From the sequence record OQ383623.1: a stretch of 64,000 nucleotides of DNA. One strand, given 5' to 3'. Both the position numbers and the translations under genes were made by a program. This document shows positions 7,241 through 15,357 of this stretch, in pieces; the first letter of the stretch is position 1, and every line of letters starts with the position of its first letter. The notes beneath the pieces are model-generated. The model did no database searches, was not told where the DNA came from, and saw only the letters and a list, made by a program, of their open reading frames with translations.

Positions 7241-7294
7241 ACGATAGGGAAACCACGTAAAAAATACACAGGGTACCCAAACTAGGACTTCCGT

Positions 7295-7540
7295 CCGATC
7301 ACGATCTCTTAATAAGGATCACGCGCGCGCCTGCACGCGTTTTAAGATCTTAATATAATATATATTATTATATATTAATATATTTATTTATATAAATAAT
7401 TATAATAATTAAATATAATACCTAAAGGTATTATTATATTTAATATTATTATATATTTTAAAAGATCCTGGAGGATACGGGTGTGCGCACGCGCACGCGT
7501 ATAAGGAAAGGGTCTTCGACCCGATCCACAGGATCAATCT
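7295..7540. other. Origin-like element: AT tract, GATC cluster and alternating purine/pyrimidine flanks
   Basis: 7350-7463 has only 4 G/C in 114 bp; 7 GATC sites in 7297-7535; alternating R/Y runs at 7321-7330 and 7481-7503. Confidence 0.5.
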
Positions 7541-8090
7541 AAAAAACAATCTAAGTGATTGTTTTAAAAAGAAATTTTGAGAATTAGATTAAATTATCCC
7601 CTAAGGGGGATTTTAGAGCGAGTTAAACAACCCAAAAGAACTCGTAAGTAACCGACAGTGTGTGTCGGTTACAGAACGATCCAGTTTTCACCCAGACATG
7701 GCACGAAGTGCTACCCAACGTGTGATCGTCGCGGCGACCGGCGACCGTCGTCCCGGAACCGAAACGGGAATGGCTCTCTCGCGCTCTCAGCGGCCCGCTG
7801 GCGCGATTTTCCGGTAGGGGGAACCCAAGTGTACTGGGTTGGGTATAAATCTCGTTCTAGCGCTTTCTAGAGCGTTTTTAATAACTGGTTAAAAAACATA
7901 CAATCCAGAATCCCCATTCCCCGTATTTCCTCGCCCCGACAAAAATAAATTCACCGACTCGATGCAAGACCCCCTCTAAAATGCACGTAACCTGCCCTAG
8001 AAAACGATAAACTATCAAAAATGAGCTACCCTACACCCAGACCACTTAATCGTTTTCTGGTGTTTCCTAGACATCTTTAATCGGATGGTT

Positions 8091-8140
8091 AAAAAAACAA
8101 AAAAAAATAAGATTGGCGTACTCCCCGAAGAGAGTACGCC
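8091..8140 (-). terminator. Intrinsic terminator
   Basis: GGCGTACTC/GAGTACGCC stem with TTCG in the loop and a long T-run. Confidence 0.8.
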
Positions 8141-8147
8141 TAGTGAC

Positions 8148-8657
8148 TTAACACTTGATGGTATAGCCATCAAGGCCAAGGTGTACTGGTTTTATCCATA
8201 ACCCTGGCTCCCCGAAAATATTCAGGTCGTAAGTTTGGTAATGCATGATCTTTGCAGGAACATGCACACCCATGCGTTGCAGAAATTCCCAGACGGCGAC
8301 GTAGCGTTCACGAGTGATGAACATTAATCCGGAGTCGAACCCGGAACCGATGTCTAAGAAATTACCAAGAGAACTGTCAAAACTTGACACGCCGTCTTGA
8401 GTAAGTGCGACCAACCCTTTAGTTAAATCTCTGTGGTTGTCAATGAAGTTACAGAGATCTACGATGGTTATTTGACCGTAAATACGACGGAGGACGGCAG
8501 CAACAGCCAAAATCTCGCTGGTATTTCCGTAGTCACCTAAAGGGTTATGGTCCATCATCGCAGTAATTATGCTTGTGTCGCAGAGGTCGATTAACCGCTG
8601 GTCATGTACCACCAGGTTAAGACCTTGCCCCACCCGCATGGTTGGCGCAGTAAACAT
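8148..8657 (-). CDS. Hypothetical protein (likely start ATG 8657, MFTAPT)
   Basis: AAGGAG SD directly after the stop of the upstream gene. Confidence 0.65.
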   Translation of the reverse strand: MFTAPTMRVGQGLNLVVHDQRLIDLCDTSIITAMMDHNPLGDYGNTSEILAVAAVLRRIYGQITIVDLCNFIDNHRDLTKGLVALTQDGVSSFDSSLGNFLDIGSGFDSGLMFITRERYVAVWEFLQRMGVHVPAKIMHYQTYDLNIFGEPGLWIKPVHLGLDGYTIKC

Positions 8658-8667
8658 AGGAGGCTCC

Positions 8668-9801
8668 TTACGTTTTGACTGACTGTGAAGGTACTCTGGC
8701 ATCGTACATTAAAAAGATTTCCAGCAGACTCATACCCGTCGCGTAAAAGATTTGGTCTGTGATGACACTTACCAACGCTTCTGGGTCTATTGCGTCTACT
8801 GCAAAATCACTGTCGAAATGCCAGAACTCGACGTCATCCCCCTTTTCAAACGTCGCGGCATACAATCCAGGTTTCACACCACGCCGGAACGAAAAGAGTT
8901 TTGCGTCAGACTCAGTGTCCTTACCATAAATTTCCCCGTCGGTCCGCGTAATCGCTGCGCGTTTACACCGAGTTACCGTAAGGAGCGCACGGTTTGCGGA
9001 TGCTTGCGATTTAAACGGATAGGGGCCATCGTATGTCGGGACATTCTGGTCGCCTAAGGCATCAAGTGCCTTACTCCGATAGACTACCGGAGACTTAAAA
9101 TTACACAGTCGATTCCCTTCGGTAAACATTGTGTATTCGACCTTAACGTCGGTACCGACGAGGTCAGCAGGGGACACTTTGTAGTGTGCTAACTGTCCCT
9201 GCACGCGGCGAGAGAGCATCGATGCCAGGAAGGTATGGTTGCCCTGTGTACGCAAGACATAACCGAACTCTGTGCAGTCGATGATACGAGCGTCCATACG
9301 TCGTACAGGCTCCAGCCGGTAAGTCACATCGTTAGCTTCGATAAGAAACTGACTGATGCTAAAATCGCGAGATCGATGTTTGATTGCTTCAAACACCTCA
9401 CCCGCTTCCAGAATAGCCGGTTCAATCACATTGACCTGGAATGGGAGCGGTTTCGTCGGTCGTTGACCCATTGTTGTCACTGTCATCGAACGTAGCCACG
9501 GGTCGTCCTCGCTAGGGTCATTGGAAAGCCAATGCGTTAACCAGCGAGAAAGGTTCTGGGGAATCGTTGCGGTTGAATATAAAATCACGGTACCCATTAT
9601 GCCTGCATCGGCTAGCAAGCGTGCGAGTACCGTGTTCATCGAATCGTATTTGCCATTTCGAAGAATAGGTAATCCTCCGACCTGGACCATTTCGCAGATG
9701 ACGCCGTGTGGCAACACCCACATCTTCACTTGTTGGGCAGAATGTATCTGCCCAGTGCGCAGCTTTTCTTGCCACGCGTGCTTACGTTCAAAGTTCATCA
9801 T
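8668..9801 (-). CDS. ATP-dependent DNA-ligase-fold protein, apparently catalytically degenerate
   Basis: By-eye collinearity with ligase motifs: LPHG (KxDG position), ILRNGK, YRLEPVRRMDARII (motif V), and OB-fold LVGTDVKVEY...FKSPVVYR. Confidence 0.45.
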   Translation of the reverse strand: MMNFERKHAWQEKLRTGQIHSAQQVKMWVLPHGVICEMVQVGGLPILRNGKYDSMNTVLARLLADAGIMGTVILYSTATIPQNLSRWLTHWLSNDPSEDDPWLRSMTVTTMGQRPTKPLPFQVNVIEPAILEAGEVFEAIKHRSRDFSISQFLIEANDVTYRLEPVRRMDARIIDCTEFGYVLRTQGNHTFLASMLSRRVQGQLAHYKVSPADLVGTDVKVEYTMFTEGNRLCNFKSPVVYRSKALDALGDQNVPTYDGPYPFKSQASANRALLTVTRCKRAAITRTDGEIYGKDTESDAKLFSFRRGVKPGLYAATFEKGDDVEFWHFDSDFAVDAIDPEALVSVITDQIFYATGMSLLEIFLMYDARVPSQSVKT

Positions 9802-9873
9802 TGGGTAAAATCTCCTTCAGGTATACTCTCAGTATGATAACATATATCCGTAAATTTTTAGAGGTTTAGTGCC

Positions 9874-11250
9874 ATGTCTGAACTGGTTTATGATTTCAGT
9901 ACCGGTTGTTATCGCGATACCGGAGTGAAGGTTGCCGTCGAATCATTCGGACGTGACCCATTCTTCGACGATGACACGTATTCTACGGGCTTGTATTACG
10001 ACTATGGTTTTGGCGGCTACGTCCCGATGGGTTTGGTGGTTGCTGCAGAAGCCATGAAGAATGACCGATTACGTAAAGTGTTTGACGAATGCTTTAAACA
10101 CGTCGTCATCGATCGTCGTTTTGCAAAGCAAATTCAACTTCACGTGGATAACATTCTTAAACGTGAAGGCAATGTGGAGTGGCTAGGGTCTAACCTGCTA
10201 GGCGTCCACACTATCCGTTTTTACGATTCTGACCGTAACCGCTTTTTTGAAGATGTCTTGAAAGTGGATGAAGACTATCTGTTCGAGATGATTAAAGAAT
10301 CGGGTACGATTAACACCGACTGGGCAGTAGCAGGTGATCCGTACAACCTCTCCACGGTCTATACTCTACATCGAATGATGTCGAAATTCGCCGATCGTGA
10401 AATCCACGCCGCGGCTGTATCGTTAGTAACGCTGCTGCAATTCAAATTCTACTCCAGTATCTATTACCACTTCTTCCCCAAGCCGGTCGACATGGCCGCC
10501 GCCGACGCTGCGTATTCAATGCTATCGTTAAAGTTCGATATCCGTCGCTTAGGTAACTGGGGCTTGCACATGCAGGAGCGTTCAGAATACTTCTGTTCCC
10601 CAGAGTACCCAAACTACGATGCGGTTAAACGCTTCGATACGCCAGATTTGGTGCTGCGCTTCATCACCGACTTGAACACCCGTACCAAACAAACCGTGAA
10701 AGACTATTACGCGGTACTGGACAAAGTACGTCGCGATAATAGCCGTGTGATTACGCAGTCAACTCGTATAGAGTTAGACGGCGAATCGATTATTCGTGAT
10801 AAAGTGGGCGCGTTGGATATCGCTAAGCAGAATCTGTTCGATGCGTCTTACGATATCAACAATCTTTACAAAGAGCAATTAGCAAAAGTGGTGTTGGAGC
10901 TAGTACCCAAAGCATCTCCCGCGGCACTGAAAACATTGCTGACGTATATTGCAAGTCTACCGCTTGGCAAAAAGCGCGATGAAATTAATGCTATCATGGA
11001 GGACACGCTATCGCACGCGTTCGATGAAATTGTTACCTCTCGTCTGAACTTTAACGACGCGAGTACGGTTCTACTGCGTATGCGTTCGCTGTACCAGGCT
11101 TCGAAGTCCCCCAACCCGTACGTGTTATCGTTACGTGAACGGATTGAGAAACTGGCTGCACGAGAAACACATATCCGCCATGAAGCCGCCTTGGCCGCTT
11201 TGCGTAATGCGTTGTTGTTGTACTTCCTGATCCGCTCTTTGCAGAAATAA
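9874..11250 (+). CDS. Virion structural protein (phiKZ gp32-like)
   Basis: 458-aa ORF with LLGVHTIRF motif; position next to terminase matches phiKZ/SPN3US synteny; AxE motifs in the N-terminus. Confidence 0.6.
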   Translation: MSELVYDFSTGCYRDTGVKVAVESFGRDPFFDDDTYSTGLYYDYGFGGYVPMGLVVAAEAMKNDRLRKVFDECFKHVVIDRRFAKQIQLHVDNILKREGNVEWLGSNLLGVHTIRFYDSDRNRFFEDVLKVDEDYLFEMIKESGTINTDWAVAGDPYNLSTVYTLHRMMSKFADREIHAAAVSLVTLLQFKFYSSIYYHFFPKPVDMAAADAAYSMLSLKFDIRRLGNWGLHMQERSEYFCSPEYPNYDAVKRFDTPDLVLRFITDLNTRTKQTVKDYYAVLDKVRRDNSRVITQSTRIELDGESIIRDKVGALDIAKQNLFDASYDINNLYKEQLAKVVLELVPKASPAALKTLLTYIASLPLGKKRDEINAIMEDTLSHAFDEIVTSRLNFNDASTVLLRMRSLYQASKSPNPYVLSLRERIEKLAARETHIRHEAALAALRNALLLYFLIRSLQK

Positions 11251-11302
11251 AATAAAATGCCACCTCTCCAGTTTCGGAGAGGTGGCTACGTCGTATTTTT
11301 TC
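11245..11302. terminator. Bidirectional terminator
   Basis: 11-bp stem GCCACCTCTCC/GGAGAGGTGGC between convergent genes. Confidence 0.8.
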
Positions 11303-11316
11303 GAGTTAAAGTTGAT

Positions 11317-11559
11317 TCAGGCGAGTGCTCCCGATACGGCAACTTGATGTAGGGTATACACAACGTGTAGCCCCGCGGTAGATAGTCCACCGATAAGCAA
11401 TGCGCCAAAGCTACAGATAATCTGTCCGAGCCGCATTGTGCGTGTGCAGACATCGTGACTTTGTGCGTGTATGCGTATTACTTCGATGGTGTGGCGTAAG
11501 CCAAAGTATAGGCAAATCCACATTACCAGCACGATTGCATAGTAGAGTTGAGTCATCAC
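11317..11559 (-). CDS. Small membrane protein (two hydrophobic segments)
   Basis: LYYAIVLVMWICLYFGL and IICSFGALLIGGLSTAGLHVVY; start overlaps the terminase stop (ATGA). Confidence 0.6.
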   Translation of the reverse strand: MMTQLYYAIVLVMWICLYFGLRHTIEVIRIHAQSHDVCTRTMRLGQIICSFGALLIGGLSTAGLHVVYTLHQVAVSGALA

Positions 11560-13667
11560 TTCATCCTCTGTCGTTGGATTAGCTCTTTCAAGCTTTCCAT
11601 CGATGCGACGTTACGAACGTCAGTGTTGAGTTGAGAGACGAGCGCTTGAATACGATTCTTGTACATGAGCTGTTGTACCGGGTCGGCCACAACTTGACTC
11701 TGTCTAATCATCGTTTCAATTTGCCCCATCAGTTGTTGTTGCTTTTCTTCTTCCTCGACTGCAGCCTCTTCATCGAATTCACCTGCCATGCCCCCGAGCA
11801 TATTGCGGTTGCGCATCATCAGTCGGCTGTTACTTATACCGTAGTGGCCTAAGTTGTTGCCGAACAGAAGTAACCACATTGCCAGAAGCCAGGATATTAC
11901 CAGGTCATCGTGACCGGATGCACGGTGGTCTATGCGCCCGTTTCGTTCGACGAGACCGAGGATTTGGTCGATCAATTCGCCTGACCGCAGTAAGTCCGCA
12001 GAAAGACGCAACGCCGTGGTAAATACTTCACCATACAACTTACGGCGTTTATCCTGGTCGGTTGAGAAACCGATGTATTTACGGAATTTGTCCCAGAAGC
12101 GCTCTGGACTGCCCACAGGGCCACGATGGAACTCTTTGTAAAGTTCATCGTTCCTTGAGTAATCCTGGGTCACTTTCACGTACAAACGACGATGCAAATC
12201 GCGAACCTTAGATTGCAGCTGCAGTATGATGGCATCTGCTACCGAGGAGCCGGTAGACCGTCGTTCCAGAATGAGTACCGTGTTCGGATATTCGATCATG
12301 AAGTCTGCTAAGTGAATCGCAAACCCGATGACGTTTGTTTCGTTCACGGTGAGCTTGCCGGCATATTCGGCAGTGACAGAGTTGACGATTGACATGGCAA
12401 TGGCGTCACGTCCAACGGCTTCGGAAGTATCCAAACCGATGATGTGGCGGTCTTGCATTTTAACCAGCATCTGTTCTTCGGTGTAATACCAATCCGTTAC
12501 GTAGTTGGAAGCAGAGATAATTTTCTGCGCTGCCCGAATACGCGAGGCGTTCATACGTCTTGCATCATCGCCTGAGAACGGTTTGTTGTAACCACCGGTT
12601 GTCCATTCACCACCGAAGTCGCGGCGGATCTGGTCTGGTGTACCTGGGGCGTTCGCAATCATATCTGCGAGTTCTTCGTCCGTGGTACCGAGCTGGCGGT
12701 GGTTGTATTTCACGTAGAACATGATACGTGGAATCTTCGCAGTAGAGCCTTTGCGAATCATGTCAATCAGTTGTGCACGAGTCGGAATGTCGATATACCG
12801 TTCATCCCACGAAATCCCCGACGTCATCAGGCTGTACATGTACTCGCCTTCTTCTGTCGCCAAATCCCCAGGCGTTGTTGCGAAGACGTTGCCGTATGGA
12901 ACACCTTCGGCTTCGTTAATACGACGCGCCGCGGTACCCGATGCTAGTGCAGCAGGGAGGATATGGTGGATGTTGTTGGTAAACGGCCCTTCATCCGAGA
13001 ACAGGCGTCCGGCTGTGAGTCCACGGCCTACCCCGTTCGCAGCTTCCTTATCGTTTTGACCGATGCCGGTGATAAGTTTGTTACCCTGCGCTAGACATGC
13101 AAATGTCTCACGGTTATCAGGATCGTCCGGGTGATGAGGCCAGAGGTAATCCGGTAACGCGTTACGCAGTTGCTTCATCTTGTTAATAGTTTCTTCACGC
13201 AGGGCAGGACCCTTCGTGATAAGAATCGTGCGTGAGTTCTCCAGGAAGCGCATCAGCCACAAAAGCAATGCGGACATCCCGACAGTTTTACCATGCTGAC
13301 GGAGAAACTCGATAGCGGCGTCGATGTTGTTGAAGAAAATCCAATACATCGAAAAGTTACCGCGGTCTAGACGAAACGGCATCCCGTTCTTTACACCATC
13401 CGCAGGGACGCGGACACATTCACGGAAGAAGTACCATGGGTTTTCCGCACACTCCGTAACAATCATCGCTTTTTGTTCGAGTGTTAAATCCGGACTGAAT
13501 GGATCAACACCACGGAGTTCAGGATTGTGTAATGCCAGGTGGACGTACCAGTGCTGGACACCTAATCCTTGTAATGTTGTGGCGAATTGAAGGAAGTGCA
13601 CGTTTGGTGTGACATCGTCAACAATCGCCCCCGGATAGTGTCGCCAATCGTTTTTTCGCAGTATCAT
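11556..13667 (-). CDS. terL: Terminase large subunit
   Basis: Walker A RQHGKT, Walker B LFSDEG, nuclease IIGLDTS and HDDLVISW; phiKZ gp25-like. Confidence 0.92.
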   Translation of the reverse strand: MILRKNDWRHYPGAIVDDVTPNVHFLQFATTLQGLGVQHWYVHLALHNPELRGVDPFSPDLTLEQKAMIVTECAENPWYFFRECVRVPADGVKNGMPFRLDRGNFSMYWIFFNNIDAAIEFLRQHGKTVGMSALLLWLMRFLENSRTILITKGPALREETINKMKQLRNALPDYLWPHHPDDPDNRETFACLAQGNKLITGIGQNDKEAANGVGRGLTAGRLFSDEGPFTNNIHHILPAALASGTAARRINEAEGVPYGNVFATTPGDLATEEGEYMYSLMTSGISWDERYIDIPTRAQLIDMIRKGSTAKIPRIMFYVKYNHRQLGTTDEELADMIANAPGTPDQIRRDFGGEWTTGGYNKPFSGDDARRMNASRIRAAQKIISASNYVTDWYYTEEQMLVKMQDRHIIGLDTSEAVGRDAIAMSIVNSVTAEYAGKLTVNETNVIGFAIHLADFMIEYPNTVLILERRSTGSSVADAIILQLQSKVRDLHRRLYVKVTQDYSRNDELYKEFHRGPVGSPERFWDKFRKYIGFSTDQDKRRKLYGEVFTTALRLSADLLRSGELIDQILGLVERNGRIDHRASGHDDLVISWLLAMWLLLFGNNLGHYGISNSRLMMRNRNMLGGMAGEFDEEAAVEEEEKQQQLMGQIETMIRQSQVVADPVQQLMYKNRIQALVSQLNTDVRNVASMESLKELIQRQRMK

Positions 13668-13711
13668 ACAATCTCCATACCTCCACCCCCGAAGGGGTGG
13701 AGGAAGGTTTG

Positions 13712-15355
13712 TTACTCGATGTGGTGCGCCAGCATTGGCGTAGCCGCGAGGTTAAGCGTATCCGTAGGAGTGCGACGAATCCAGCGAATAACTAACGAAT
13801 CGTCCAGAGCGATACGATAATCTACCGTTTGCTCATTTAACCACTCATCGATGCCGTAGGTGTAAACCTTACCACCGACATGCACCTCAAAGTGCGTAGG
13901 CTCGGGAGCCTCAGATTCATTACGACGATCGTAGAGCGGATAAATCGGCTCGTACAACGCTTTAAGCCACTCGGCTTTAGAGGCACAACCACAACGAAGG
14001 TTCAGCGTGGAGTAGTTGACGTTAGAGTATTTGAACTCTGCCCAAATTTCATTACCGTAAACCAGCCCATCAGGCAGGTACTCGATAAGGAAGTTGGTGT
14101 TCAACTCGTTACCTGGGTTAACCAGTGTGATAGCGAAAGACTGCGCCTGGATGAATGCGCGGAATTGTGGATTTACTTTGCTGATATCCACCTGTACGTT
14201 CAGACGCTGTTTCACACCCATCAGTAGTGGGTCGAATGTAGTCCCTGTGGTGTACTGGATGTTTGCGGTCGCGTCGTAGACTTGGCCGCGAGTCAGGTTG
14301 TACAACAGGAACGACAGACGATAACCACGGTTCGCATCCAACCAACGCGGAACCACAAACAGTTTCATGGAATAAGCACCATCGACTGTTTCGGTTACAG
14401 CGGTGTAGTCTTTGACAATTGTATCTTTAACAATGTCAGTACCACCGTAGGTTTCACCACGGGCCAACTGATAGCTTAACTGGCAAGGTAGCTCATTACC
14501 GGCGTTTGATGCAATGTAGAACGTGTCGTGAGCACCAGAGTTACGCAGCCCGTTAAACTTCACACGCGAACCATCGATAGGTAGGCGTTTGGTTCCGTCG
14601 CTGTACTGGATGTCGCACCACAATGGAATAGATTCCAGTGGGATGTTAATCGGCAGTGTCAGCGTAGTACCATTGTCGTCTACCAGGAACGGCGAAACCA
14701 GTTTAATGCCCAGCACAGTGCGAGACGGAGTCTCTTGCGCCATCACCAGGTTGGTTTTGATGATGTGACCGTGGGCGATCTGAACAACGTTACCGACGTC
14801 AGAGTAAACCAGGAAAGTACACTCTTCACCGTTGCTGACTTCGGCCAGACAGCTCCCAGGAATCGCTTGTTTCACCACTGTTTCTGCGTCAGCCGCGCTG
14901 ATAGTCTGCACCGGCAGATAGTTCTTTTTCAGAACCCCGTCTTTGTAATACCCAGACAGGATTTCCGCACCATCGTTTACAGATGAGCCACGCAGGATAC
15001 GCACACCATCGATATCAGGACCGTTAAAAGTAACGGCGTCATCGATAACCATCGTCGGTGGAAGTTTGGTGCTGTCCACGTAGACGCGATATTTGTCAGA
15101 GCGTAATGGGTAGTGGCCATTAAGACGCCCGTCTTGGTTTGCCACACCAACACCGCCGAACGGTTCTGTTTCCCACGACGGTACCGAATAGTTCACGCTA
15201 ACCACACGGTCAAAGCCGGAGGTCATGTCGTTCACGATGAGGTCGCGTGGGTTAGGTACGTAACCTGTTGGTTTGTTTGGTTCGTACAATTCACTCGGGT
15301 CCCAGACTTCGAACCCGCGATCCTTGTCGATTAATTTGGACGCAATCTTCGCCAT
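13712..15355 (-). CDS. Virion structural (tail/baseplate) protein, phiKZ gp26-like
   Basis: 547 aa, beta-rich; conserved synteny between terminase and sheath. Confidence 0.65.
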   Translation of the reverse strand: MAKIASKLIDKDRGFEVWDPSELYEPNKPTGYVPNPRDLIVNDMTSGFDRVVSVNYSVPSWETEPFGGVGVANQDGRLNGHYPLRSDKYRVYVDSTKLPPTMVIDDAVTFNGPDIDGVRILRGSSVNDGAEILSGYYKDGVLKKNYLPVQTISAADAETVVKQAIPGSCLAEVSNGEECTFLVYSDVGNVVQIAHGHIIKTNLVMAQETPSRTVLGIKLVSPFLVDDNGTTLTLPINIPLESIPLWCDIQYSDGTKRLPIDGSRVKFNGLRNSGAHDTFYIASNAGNELPCQLSYQLARGETYGGTDIVKDTIVKDYTAVTETVDGAYSMKLFVVPRWLDANRGYRLSFLLYNLTRGQVYDATANIQYTTGTTFDPLLMGVKQRLNVQVDISKVNPQFRAFIQAQSFAITLVNPGNELNTNFLIEYLPDGLVYGNEIWAEFKYSNVNYSTLNLRCGCASKAEWLKALYEPIYPLYDRRNESEAPEPTHFEVHVGGKVYTYGIDEWLNEQTVDYRIALDDSLVIRWIRRTPTDTLNLAATPMLAHHIE

Positions 15356-15357
15356 GA

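Noticed and set aside
7350-7463. AT tract as a CRISPR array or tandem repeat
   Set aside because: No regular repeat-spacer periodicity; only low-complexity and palindromic A/T sequence.
6683-7870. ORFs 6683-6928, 6781-6966, 7036-7269 and 7658-7870
   Set aside because: No SD, Arg/Ser/Pro-rich, no phage-like codon bias.
9831-9858. AAAAATTTAC upstream of the ligase-fold gene as another TAC-N15-TATG promoter
   Set aside because: The 15-nt-spaced tetramer is TACT, not TATG; not counted.
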